This document shows, piece by piece, positions 1 to 11,388 of a stretch of 64,000 nucleotides of DNA. Both the position numbers and the translations under genes were made by a program. The notes beneath the pieces are model-generated. The model was not told the origin of the DNA and ran no database searches. It was given only the letters and a program-made list of their open reading frames with translations. Source of the DNA: Eledone cirrhosa (taxonomy: Eukaryota); contig OZ024754.1 in assembly GCA_964016885.1 (NCBI GenBank), positions 18,972,001 through 19,036,000 on the forward strand, read 5' to 3'. Position 1 is the first letter of the stretch. Each line of letters starts with the position of its first letter.

Positions 1-290
1 AGGAGAGAGGAAGAAGGGAAAAAATAGGAAACGAATAGGAGAAAAAAGTGTACAGGTCCCATCTTGGGAAGACACGGGTGAAAGAAACATGCAAAAAAAG
101 TAACCGTGGAAAAATAGGGAAAGTAAGTTGTGGCCAACCTGGGTGACTTTAGCCTGGTGGTCAGCTACGACTCAGAGCTGGTATAATCATGCTGCCTCTC
201 ACATAGACAGGAGAAAGTGAGAGAGAGACACGGGCAACCAAAAGTGAGGAGGAGAAGGGAAAGGGAGAGAGAGAGAGAGAGAGAGAGAGA

Positions 291-555
291 TTCCTAGACC
301 ATGTGGGGCGTTGTGTCCTTGAGCAAGTCATTTTATTTCAGGTTGCTCCAGTCTACTCAGCTGACAAAACTCAATTGTACCTGTAATTCGAAGGATCAGC
401 CTTGTCACATTCTGTGTCGCGCTGAATCTCCCTGAGAACTACATTATATGTACACGTATCTGTGGAATGCTCAGCCACTTGCATGTTAATTTCATGAGCA
501 GACTTTTCCGTTGATTGTATTAACTGGAACACTCATCGTCGTGACCGACGGAGTG
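291..555 (+). mobile_element. SINE fragment with CORE-like motif
   Basis: TTGTGTCCTTGAGCAAGTCA at ~311-330 resembles the CORE-SINE central motif; no clear pol III boxes remain; boundaries approximate. Confidence 0.35.
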
Positions 556-656
556 CCTGTTCTATTCTACATTCTTATGACCTCGTATAGCACTAATTTG
601 TAAAGAACTCTCTATAAACCACCGACTCTACAGATCTAGAGGATTAAATGAGGTAT

Positions 657-1327
657 TAGTGTGTGTGTGAGAGTGTGTGTAAGTGTGTGAGAGCGGGTGT
701 GTGTGTGTGTGTGAGAGAGTGTGTATGAGTGTGTGTGTGTGTGTGAGCGAGTGTGTGAGAGCGAGAGCGAGTGTGTGTGTGAGAGAGTGTGTGTGTGTGT
801 ATGTGTATGTGTGAGTGTGAGAGCGAGTGTGTGTGTGTGTGTGAGTGTGTGAGAGCGAGTGTGTGTGTGTGTGTGAGAGCGTGTATGAGTGTGTGTGAGT
901 GTGTGTGTGAGCGAGTGTCTGTGTGTGTGTGAGTGTGAGAGCGAGTGTTCTGAGCGTGTGAGAGCGAGTGTGTGTGTGTGTGTGAGTGTGTGGGTGTGCG
1001 TGTGTGTGAGAGCGAGTGTGTGTGTGAGAGTGTGTGTGTGTGTGTGAGTGTGAGAGCGAGTGTGTGTGTGTGAGTGTGTGAGAGCGAGTGTGTGTAAGAG
1101 TGTGTGTGTGAGTGTGTGAGTGTGTGTGTGAGTGTGTGTGTGTGTGAGTGTGTGTGTGTGTGTGTGAGTGTATGTGCGTGTGTGTGTGAGTATGTGAGTG
1201 TGTATGAGTGTGTGTCAGTGTGTGTGTGAGTCTGTGTGAGAGCGAGTGTGTGTGTGTGTGAGTGTGTCTGTGTGTGTGAGAGCGTGTGTAAGTGTGTGAG
1301 AGCGGGTGTGTGTGTGTGTGTGAGAGA

Positions 1328-1360
<33 letters not shown>

Positions 1361-2328
1361 CGAGTGTGTGTGTGAGAGAGTGTGTGTGTGTGTGTATGTG
1401 TGAGTGTGAGAGCGAGTGTGAGTCTGTGTGCGTGTGTGTGAGAGCGTGTGTGTGTGTGTGTGTGTGTATGTGATCGAGTGTGTGTGTGTGTCTGTGTGTG
1501 TGAGAGCGAGTGTGTGTGTGTGTGAGAGAGTGTGTGTTTTTATTTGTGAGTGTGAGAGCGAGTGTGTGAGTGTGTGAGTGTGTGAGAGCGAGTGTGTGTG
1601 TGTGTGAGAGTGTGTGTGTGTGCGTGTGTGTAAGAGCGAGTATGTGTATGTGTGTGAGAGTGTGTGTGTGTGAGTGTGAGAGCGAGTGTGTGTGTGTGAT
1701 AATGTGTGTGTGAGCGTGTGTGTGTGAGAGAGAGTGTGTGAGTGTGTGTGTGAGTGTGTGTGTGAGTATGTGATTGTGTATGAGTATGTGTGAGTGTGTG
1801 TGTGAGTCTGTGTGAGTGTGTGTGAGAGCGAGTATGTGCGTGTGTGTGTGTGAGCGAGTGTGTGTGTGTGTGTGTATGTGTGTGTGTGAGAGTGTGTGAG
1901 AGCGAGTGTGTGTGTGTGAGCGAGTGTGTGTGTGTGTATGAGTGTGTGTGTGTGAGTGTGTGTGTGTGTGTGAGAGTGTATGTGTATGTATTGGTGTGTG
2001 TGTGTGAGTGTGAGCGAGTGTGTGCGTATGAGTGTGTGAGAGCGAGTGTGTGTGTGTGTGTGTGAGAGCGAGTGTGTGTGTGTGAGTGTGTGTGTGTGAG
2101 AGCGAGTGTGTGTGTGTGTGAGTGTGTGAGAGCGAGTGTGTGTGTGTGTGTGAGAGTGTGTGTGTGTGTGTGAGAGAGTGTGTGTGTGTAACTGTGTGTG
2201 TGTGTGAATGTGTGTGTGAGTATGTGAGTGTGTATGAGTGTGTGTGTTTGAGTGTGTTTGCGTGTGTGTGTGAGAGTGTGTGTGTCTGTGTGAGTGTGAG
2301 AGCGAGTGTGTGAGTGTGTGTGTGAGTG
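657..2328. repeat. compound (GT)n/(GA)n microsatellite, ~1.7 kb
   Basis: continuous TG repeats interrupted by GAGA/GAGC units. Confidence 0.95.
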
Positions 2329-2797
2329 TCCTGATTATTGATCGATCAGACGGTACACTCGTACACACACACTCAGATAAATAGACATATCCACACATAT
2401 ACACACTTCCACACACACATACATATCCACACATATACACACCCATATCCACATACACACTGAGAAGCATAAACACTTCTACATGTCCACCTAGTTCACC
2501 TGTACAATAATCAACAGTGTCCTTTCCTCTCTCAACACCGCCTACACCCCTATTCTCGCCATTTATCTCTCTCATTCGTCCTCCCCCTCTCTCTTCCTAT
2601 ATGTACATATTGATCGATCAAGCAACCCAATCATCACTATCTCTCCCCCTATCTACCCACCTATCTCTCTCGCACTTTCCCCGTCCATACATTAATCCAT
2701 CTATCTACTTACCTACCATTTATATTTTAGTCTGTCTATTTTTTATTTTTCTATGTATCAGTCATTCATCCATCTATCTGCCAGCCTATCTATCTAT

Positions 2798-5445
2798 CTC
2801 CAGGTGGAGAAAAACTGGAACGAGATGTCGGCCAAGGTGCTTGCACTCACCCAGAAGTGGGCCGAGTGCAAACTATCCTTGAAAGGTCGAGCGGAGGTGG
2901 CGAACACTTTTATAGCGTCCGCCATCTACTACCGCTTGACAGTCGTGCCTTGTCCAGCCAAAACGCTCGCCAAAAAGGAGCGCGCGCTCTTCCAATTCCT
3001 TTGGAAGAGGCGGGCTCCTTTGGTGAGAAGATCCATCTGCTGCCAACGCCCTTCCAACGGAGGGCTGAGGATGCCGTGGCTGACAATGTGCAAACACGCG
3101 TTCAGGCTGCGGCATCTCTACGTACTCCTCATCGGACAACCGGTGTGGGCCCCGTTCGTGAGGCGAGCCTTCCCACGACTCGTCTCGCTGACCGAGCTGC
3201 AGTCCTGGGTCAAGCAGATGTGTGCGGCCTTTCAGCGGCACTTTGCTCAGCTGTTCGGGCAGGGCGGCGCGCCGGGAGGGGCTATGGATTTCGGTCCATA
3301 CCTCGACGGCCTACCGCGACTCTCGGACAGCGAGGCAAAGTTCTGCGAAAAGCCGATTTCATCCGCTGAGATAGGGGACGCGCTGAGCCAATGCGGCAAA
3401 CGCAAATCTCCAGGTCTCGACGGTCTACCCTACGAATTTTACGTAGCAATGCCGGACTTATTCTCCGGTCCCCTGGAAGCGGTCTACTGCAACTGGCAAC
3501 AGAACGGGAGAATTCCCAGTTCTGTGACCGGGGGCGTAGTCACACTAGTCAGGAAGGACGAGAATAAGGGGAATGACATAGGCAACTTCCGGCCCATAAC
3601 TCTGCTAAACACAGAGTTACAGATTCTGGCCAAGGTGTTGGCAAAGAAGCTGGAGATTGTCGTCGAGAACCTGGTGGGAGAAGCGCAGACATGCGCAATG
3701 GCGACCAGGTCCATACACGACAACCTCCACCTCATGCGATACATCATAGAGAGGGTAGGGTGTAAACCCTGCTTCGGTGGGGCCCTGATCAACTTGGATC
3801 AGTCTAAGGCTTTCGATAGGGTTGACCATCGTTACCTGGATGCGGTGCTCGAGGCGGCAGGCTTCGGACCCGTGTTCAGGGGCTGGATTGCTGCAATGCA
3901 TAACAGCAACATCTGCTCAAGGGTTAAGGTGAACGGCTACCTCTCGGAGCCGTTCCATATCACGCGATCCATTCGACAGGGATGCCCTCTCTCCTCCCTT
4001 CTGTACGTATTGACTCTCGAGCCACTACTGCGCAGGTTGGAGCTATTGCAGCGCATCCGTCTGGAACCGGGACTGCGGAAAGAGGCGTCGGCCTACGCCG
4101 ACGACGTGACAGTAATGGTGTCGAGCGCCTCGCAAATCGAGGAAGTTGGCACCTTACTGAAGGAATACGAAAGGTTCACAGGAGCGAAGCTGAACCGGGA
4201 CAAGTCCATCGGTTTGCAACTCGGATCGTGGAGAGGCAGACCGATGCCTTCCGATGGCGTCATCAGATGCTGGACGGAACGACGAGTAAAGCTGCTCGGG
4301 GTCTGGTTTGGTCCGGACCTCCAGGTGGAGAAGAACTGGAATGAGGTGTCGGCCAAGGTGTTTGCACTCACCCAGAAGTGGGCCGAGTGCAAACTATCCT
4401 TGAAAGGTCGAGCGGAGGTGGCGAACACTTTTATAGCGTCCGCCATCTACTACCGCTTGACCGCCGTGCCTTGTCCAGCCGAAACGCTCGCTAAAATGGA
4501 GCGCACGCTCTTCCAATTCCTTTGGAAGAGGCGGGCTCCTTTGGTGAGAAGATCCATCTGCTGCCAACGCCCTTCCAACGGAGGGCTGGGGTTGCCGTGG
4601 CTGACGATGCGCAAACACGCGCTCAGGCTGCGGCATCTCTACGTATTCCTCACCGGACAACCGGTGTGGGCCCCGTTCGTGAGGCGAGCCTTCCCACGAC
4701 TCGTCTCGCTGACCGAGCTGCAGTCCTGGGTCAAGCAAAGACCAAGGAAAATGGGCGACTGGCACATCGAATGTGCTCAGGCGCTCACAGCCCTCTGGCA
4801 GGCGGACCCGGCGATCAGTGGAGATTCCACTTCGTCATTCTATAGAGGGTTGATCCGCAGCAAGTGCGACGACGGGCGTAGAGGAAGACGAACTGGCCAG
4901 TCTGTTCGGTAGGACCTTCCGCCCGGGACCGATGGACAACTTCCAAAAGTCCCTGGCCTGGCAGTGCTACCGAGGAGCTCTACCAGTTCGAGACAAGCTC
5001 TACAGACATGGGCGCCCGGGCAGGGACCCTGCAAAAAAGATCTGTCCGAGGTGCGTGCGAGACGAAGAAACCGTCGCGCACGCATTCATACACTGCCCGG
5101 GGGTCACCGACCTGTGGGGCTATGTAGAACGACTATTGTCGCGGATGGGACCAATCCGGACCAAATGGCCAGAGTGAATGGGCCTTCTCTCTATATCAGC
5201 CTGTAGGTTGAGGAAAAAGAAGAGGAGAGGAAAGGTGTACAAACTCTTCGTACTCCTGAAGATGAGGGTTGCACATTTTTTTCAGGGGTATGTGTTACCC
5301 ATATGAAATGTCTCCCCTTATTGGGGAAAATCGACTAATTTTTAAATTACATTTGTGATTATATTTTACACGTTTTTATTGTATGTAAACTTCCCCCTTT
5401 GTATTTGTCCCCTTCTTTTGTGCCCCTGTGGCTAATAAAGAAACA
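2798..5445 (+). mobile_element. E1: Tx1/L1-group non-LTR retrotransposon, 5'-truncated and rearranged (divergent subfamily C)
   Basis: RT motifs KSPGLDGLP, NFRPITLLN, DQSKAFDRV, RQGCPLS, YADD; zinc finger CPRC..HAFIHC; starts after short (TATC)n; 3' tail GGCTAATAAAGAAAC then (TATC)n; internal duplication; deletions at ~4875 and ~5160. Confidence 0.92.
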
Positions 5446-5470
5446 TATCTATCTACTATCTATCTACTAT

Positions 5471-5518
<48 letters not shown>

Positions 5519-5533
5519 TTATCTATCTATCTA

Positions 5534-5568
<35 letters not shown>

Positions 5569-5580
5569 CTATCTATCTAT
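5446..5580 (+). repeat. (TATC)n spacer E1/E2
   Basis: direct reading, with TAC variant units. Confidence 0.95.
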
Positions 5581-7055
5581 ACAAACAAAATTTCTCCTTC
5601 GCCGAGACGACAAGGAAAACCCTCGACTATCTGCCAGTAGATATAACAAAAGCGAAGGAGCTACTGGCGGATGCGAAAAAATATATAGTGTACGGGGAAA
5701 ATGGTTCATTCACAATCCATTCCCCCCCGGAACTAAAAAGCCAGAGACTCCTAAACACGGTCATGTTTAGGACAATCTCGAACAAAAGTAAAAAACCAGC
5801 TCAACCATCACAGAGCGAGATAGAGCTGGTTTTAAAAGACGTCATGAAGGACATCACCTTCATTCAGAAGGATAGACTCTACGGGAGTCTATCCATTCTC
5901 ATGAAGGACAGGGACACAGCAGTGAAACTGTCCATCAAACCAATCACATCCACCGCATACACCTTCTACCCTACGTACATGGGTAGAAGAACACAAAAAA
6001 TAAAAATCCACACCATCCTGCCGATTATGGACATATGGTGGGTTTTGACAGGTTTTCTGGACCTGGAGGATGACATGCTGGTGTCCATGGGAAAGGCATC
6101 GGGTGACGCGTTCAGTGGAACGAGCCTCGAACTTGTAGTTCAAATGAGGCCCGAAAGGATCGCCCAGATCCCTGAACGCGTCATACTGGATGATCTAACC
6201 TTCATCAACATTACCGTTGAGGGTAGACGGCCCTCGTGTTACCTCTGCGGAACCAGAGGTCACCTGAGGGCTGTCTGTCCCCAACTTAATAAGAAAACCC
6301 CAATCCTGCCTACACCACCAACAGCTGCACAACCAACACAATCACCACAACTACCACTACAAAAACAACCACCACAGCTCAAACCAAAACAAAACAATGT
6401 CCAACCCATCCCCTCCACTCAAAAAACAAAAACAATTTCCAAAACACCCGTACCGCAAACACAACCCGAAAATATACCCCTCCCCTCCAACGCGGAAGAT
6501 GACCCTAGTTCGTCGTCAGACGAGGAGGAGCACTTCCACACAATCAAAAGAAAAAAAAGAAAACACACCTCAGACACACAAATGAAAAAAAACCCTCCCC
6601 AAAACATAACACTGACACCAACACAAAAGAGCTCACAACAGCAAACAAAAAACACCACACAAAAACAAAAACATGCATACACATACATAAATACAAGAAA
6701 CAAAAAACTGTTAAACATTGTGTACAACAACAATCTAATAAAAACACAAGGGCCTAACTTCACCCAGGCAGGGGATTTCCCCCACCTCAAAATGATTAAG
6801 GCCCCACAGGACACCTATAAAACTTTAAAAAACAATTTTAAAGAGGACGTGGGTCCCCCCTGCGTCGGGCCCATTAACCGCGTCCTCCTAAAAAACTATC
6901 CCACCCCCTCCCCAAACACCCTCACAACTCCAAGCTCCCCAACCACACAACACACTGATGCCCCCACACTTCCACAAACCACCACCCCACCCAACAACCC
7001 ATCCCCCACCCTAATGGAAATTGTGCAGCCCGATACCCGGGACGCAGAGAGGTAA
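5581..7055 (+). pseudogene. E2 ORF1 lacking its N-terminal ~100 codons
   Basis: nearly identical to the C-terminal part of E3 ORF1, including CYLCGTRGHLRAVC knuckle; native start missing. Confidence 0.85.
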
Positions 7056-7079
7056 GTGCCTTTTCTCTTCACCACCAAC

Positions 7080-10000
7080 ATGGCTATGCTAAGAGTAGGC
7101 TGTTTAAATGCGCGTGGCCTGGGCTCAACTTGGAAGCAAGCAATGCTTCTAAATGACCTCAGGTCACAACGTATAGATGTGATGGTTATTTGCGAGGCCC
7201 GGATCAGCAACGTGCGACAGCTGGCCCCCACCTTTGATGACTTTGAGATGCACGCATCTCTCTGTCAGCCCGGAGGTGGGGGTGGAGTTGTCGTTCTGCT
7301 GCAAAAACATCTGGGTCTCGCAACACAGATGGTACATTTGGACCCGGAGGGTCGACTAGTGGTTCTGGACCTTGGCAGTGGTAAAGGCGGAGCGTTTAGG
7401 TTGGTAGCCGCCTACGGCCCTTTCGGGTCAATGCGGCCGGACTTCTTCCATCGTCTGGAGACTTTTCTAGGGACGTCCCGCTCCTTGCTATTAGTGGGGG
7501 ACTGGAATGGTATCCTAGATGCACGCTGGGACTACGTAGGGGCCTGCCCCGATAGAGAGGGGTGTAATAGCCTCAAAGGGTTAATCGGTCGATTTGACCT
7601 GGCCGATAGATATCGACTAGATTTTCCGACTGCGCCAACCTGGACTTGGGCAAATCGTAGCGGATCATCTAGGTCGTACCTAGATAGGTTCTTAGTTAGA
7701 ATTAAGGATAAGGACTTTTTAAGTTGTCCAAAAATGCGCATTGTTGGCTATTCAGACCACAAATTAGTGACCTGCATGGTCAACCTTGACAGAACTCATA
7801 GACAGGGCCCCGGTTACTGGAAGCTCAACTTGTCCTTGCCGGCAAGTAGAGCCTACAGGAATCGGATTAGTACGTTAGTTAAGGAACGGTTGACTGGAGC
7901 GATCGTCAACAGCAGGTGGTGGGTATCTCTAAAGAGAGAGATTAGAGTAGTCTCGATAGAATTTAGTAAGGTTCTAGCTGCGGATAGGAATAGGAAGGAA
8001 AGGGAGCTAATAGATAGAGTAGAAGAGGCAATTAGAAGCGGCGACGTGGCCAGAGTGCTAGCGTCGAGAACGGCTTTGAGCCAGTTTTTCGACGCGAAGC
8101 ACGAAGGCTGCGTTGTCCGAAGTAAAATACGTGCTCTAGGGAACGAGGGGACCAAAGCTGTTAGCTGGGCCCGCGTGACAGAGGCCAACAGTGGAACTAA
8201 ATCCACCATCCGGTCTTTGCGAGACCTGGATGGACGGGCGATTCTTGAGCCTAAGCAGATGTGTGAGGCCTTTCAAAGGCACTTTGCCCGACTGTTCGGG
8301 AGGGGCGGGGAGCCGGTTGGGAACGTGGACTTCGGTCCATACCTCGACGGCCTGCCGCGCCTCTCGGACAGGGAGGCGAAGTCCTGCGAAGAGCCGATTT
8401 CGGCCGCTGAGATAGAGGACGTGCTGAGCCAATGCGGCAAACGCAAATCCCCGGGTCTCGATGGTCTTCCTTACGAATTATATCTAGCTATGCCGGACTT
8501 GTTCCCCGATCTCCTCGAGGCGGTCTACTGCAACTGGCAACAGAACGGGAGAATTCCCTGTACTGTGACCAAGGGCGTAGTCACGCTAGTGAGGAAGGAC
8601 GAGAACAAGGGGGACGAAATAAGTAACTTCAGGCCCATAACACTGCTAAATACAGAGTTACAGATTTTGGCCAAGGTGCTAGCAAAGAGGTTGGCGCTTG
8701 TCGTGGGCAACCTGGTGGGAGATGCGCAGACATGCGCTATCCCGTCCAGGTCCATCCATGACAACCTCCACCTCATGCGATACATCATAGAGAGGGTTGG
8801 GAACGAACCCGGCTTTGGTGGGGCTCTGATCAACTTGGATCAATCTAAGGCGTTCGATAGGGTCGACCATGGTTACCTGGATGCGGTGCTAGCGGCGGCA
8901 GGCTTCGGACCCGTTTTCAGGGGCTGGATCACTGCTATGCACAGCAGCCGCATCTGCTCTAGGGTCAAGGTGAACGGCTACCTCTCGGAGCCGTTCAAAA
9001 TCGCGCGGTCCATCCGACAAGGGTGCCCTCTCTCCTCCCTTCTGTATGTGTTGACTCTCGAGCCACTACTGCGGAAGTTGGAGTTGTTGCAGGGCATCCC
9101 TTTGGAACCGGGATTGCGGAAAGCGGTGTCGGCCTACGCCGATGACGTGACAGTAATGGTGTCGACGGCCTCCGAAATCGAGGCGGTCGGCACCTTACTG
9201 GAGGAGTACGAAAAGTTCACAGGGGCTAAGCTGAACCGGGACAAGTCGATCGGTTTGCAACTCGGCACGTGGAGGGGCAGACCGATGCCCTCCGATAGCG
9301 TCGTCGGACGCTGGACGGAGGGCCCGGTGAAGTTGCTCGGGGTCTGGTTCGGACCGGACCTCCAGGTGGAGAAAAACTGGGCGGAGGTTACGAACAGGGT
9401 GTTTGCACTGACCCAGAAGTGGGCCAGTTGCAAACTATCCCTGAAAGGCCGGGCGGAGGTGGCGAACACCTACATAGCGTCCGTCATCTACTACCGCCTG
9501 ACCGTAGTGCCCTGCCCAAGGGAAACCCTCACCAAGATGGAGCGCGCGCTCTTCCAATTCCTTTGGAAGAGGCGGGCTCCTATGGTGAGGAGATCCATCT
9601 GCTGTCAACACCCTTCGAAAGGAGGGCTGGGGATGCCGTGGCTAATGATGCGTAAACACGCATTAAGGCTACGGCACCTCTACGTATTCCTCACCGGACA
9701 ACCGGTGTGGGCCTCGTTTGTGAGACGAACCTTTCCCAGACTCGTCTCACTCACCGAGCTGCAATCCTGGGTCAAGCAAAGACCGAGAAAACTGGGCGCC
9801 TGGCACACTGAGTGTGCCCAGGCGCTCACCGCCCTCTGGCAGGCGGATCCGGTTATCAGTGGAGACTCCACCGCAACATTCTATAGAGGGCTGGTACGCA
9901 GCAGGTGCGACGACGCCCTCGGAGAAGCCCTAGACATGGAGGAGGACGAACTGGCCAGCCTGTTCGGTAGGACATTCAGCCCGGGACCTATGGACAACTT

Positions 10001-10517
10001 CCAGAAGTCCCTGGCCTGGCAGTGCTACCGAGGGGCTTTACCCGTTCGAGAAAGGCTCTACAGACACGGGCGCCCGGGTAGGGACCCCGCCAAAAAGATC
10101 TGTCCCAGATGCGTGTGCGACGAGGAAACCGTTGCACACGCATTAGTACACTGCTCGGGCGTAGCCGATCTGTGGGGCTATGTCGAACAACTGCTGTCAA
10201 GGGTGGGACCGATCCGGTTGACCACCGAGTCTATTGTAATGATCAAGCCGCCTCCCCCCTTCAAAGATGAAGCAGAGGCGGTGTTTCTGTGCGTAATAGC
10301 CATGGCGAAAGAGGTTGTATGGTGGACGCGTCTGAAAGGACTGAGGTCGGGCACCTTTCTCTCTGGCCAACAACTGGTCCGTTTCTTCCGATATCATTTC
10401 GGAAGAAGGATCAGGATGGAGAGAGATGTGCTGCACCCCAGCCGTTTCTATGAAAGATGGGTGAAAGTGGCGAGAATGGCCCGTGTGAATGGGCCTTCAC
10501 TCTACATCAGACTATAG
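7080..10517 (+). CDS. E2 ORF2: APE endonuclease + reverse transcriptase + C-terminal zinc finger
   Basis: LNARGL, GDWNGILD, SYLDRF, SDHKLV (APE); YADD RT; CPRCVCDEETVAHALVHC; first ATG at 7080 (ORF track starts at GTG 7056). Confidence 0.93.
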   Translation: MAMLRVGCLNARGLGSTWKQAMLLNDLRSQRIDVMVICEARISNVRQLAPTFDDFEMHASLCQPGGGGGVVVLLQKHLGLATQMVHLDPEGRLVVLDLGSGKGGAFRLVAAYGPFGSMRPDFFHRLETFLGTSRSLLLVGDWNGILDARWDYVGACPDREGCNSLKGLIGRFDLADRYRLDFPTAPTWTWANRSGSSRSYLDRFLVRIKDKDFLSCPKMRIVGYSDHKLVTCMVNLDRTHRQGPGYWKLNLSLPASRAYRNRISTLVKERLTGAIVNSRWWVSLKREIRVVSIEFSKVLAADRNRKERELIDRVEEAIRSGDVARVLASRTALSQFFDAKHEGCVVRSKIRALGNEGTKAVSWARVTEANSGTKSTIRSLRDLDGRAILEPKQMCEAFQRHFARLFGRGGEPVGNVDFGPYLDGLPRLSDREAKSCEEPISAAEIEDVLSQCGKRKSPGLDGLPYELYLAMPDLFPDLLEAVYCNWQQNGRIPCTVTKGVVTLVRKDENKGDEISNFRPITLLNTELQILAKVLAKRLALVVGNLVGDAQTCAIPSRSIHDNLHLMRYIIERVGNEPGFGGALINLDQSKAFDRVDHGYLDAVLAAAGFGPVFRGWITAMHSSRICSRVKVNGYLSEPFKIARSIRQGCPLSSLLYVLTLEPLLRKLELLQGIPLEPGLRKAVSAYADDVTVMVSTASEIEAVGTLLEEYEKFTGAKLNRDKSIGLQLGTWRGRPMPSDSVVGRWTEGPVKLLGVWFGPDLQVEKNWAEVTNRVFALTQKWASCKLSLKGRAEVANTYIASVIYYRLTVVPCPRETLTKMERALFQFLWKRRAPMVRRSICCQHPSKGGLGMPWLMMRKHALRLRHLYVFLTGQPVWASFVRRTFPRLVSLTELQSWVKQRPRKLGAWHTECAQALTALWQADPVISGDSTATFYRGLVRSRCDDALGEALDMEEDELASLFGRTFSPGPMDNFQKSLAWQCYRGALPVRERLYRHGRPGRDPAKKICPRCVCDEETVAHALVHCSGVADLWGYVEQLLSRVGPIRLTTESIVMIKPPPPFKDEAEAVFLCVIAMAKEVVWWTRLKGLRSGTFLSGQQLVRFFRYHFGRRIRMERDVLHPSRFYERWVKVARMARVNGPSLYIRL

Positions 10518-10782
10518 GTGAGGAAGATGAAAGACCAAGGGAGCACCCCTTCTCTGTGCTCCTGAGGAGAAGGGTTGCACACTTTTTTTCGGGGGTGTGT
10601 GCGACCCCCCAAGGCGCCTCCTCTCTATTGAGGATTTTGTTAAAAATTTTATTTTTTGTTATATCTTATTTTATTTTTATATTTTGTTATTGCCTCCTCC
10701 TTATTGAGGACGCCTTTTTGTGTAAACTCCCCCCTTTGTACTTGTCCCACTTTTGATGCCCTAGTGGCAAATAAAAGAAATA

Positions 10783-11179
<397 letters not shown>

Positions 11180-11388
11180 GGGATGGACACACGCGTATAA
11201 CTTGCTGAGTAAGTTCTGTTTAAATTTCTATAGAAATTCTTGTCTGATAACTTTAATTTTTGTACCATTTTGTAGAGGGACTGCCAGGTCAAACTTTGAT
11301 CTGGTCAGTCTCTCAAAATATTCTACGCCTTTAGGCGAAATAGTTAAAAAAAAAGTTTTTTCTTGTTGAAAAGTCAATATTTTTTTAA

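Larger units (their letters stand above)
5581..10782 (+). mobile_element. E2: Tx1-like element, subfamily A, 5'-truncated within ORF1
   Basis: 5581 corresponds to 11696 of full-length E3 (offset 6115); ORF2 intact; 3' UTR ends AATAAAAGAAATA then (TATC)n. Confidence 0.95.

Noticed and set aside
656-2575. 639-aa His/Thr-rich ORF and overlapping Cys/Val ORFs
   Set aside because: translation of a (GT/GA)n microsatellite
7056-7079. ORF2 start at the GTG directly after the ORF1 stop
   Set aside because: a eukaryotic start is more likely the ATG at 7080, just before the first APE motif
7532-10436. many short antisense or alternate-frame ORFs recurring in each element
   Set aside because: shadows of ORF2; they recur only because the element is repeated
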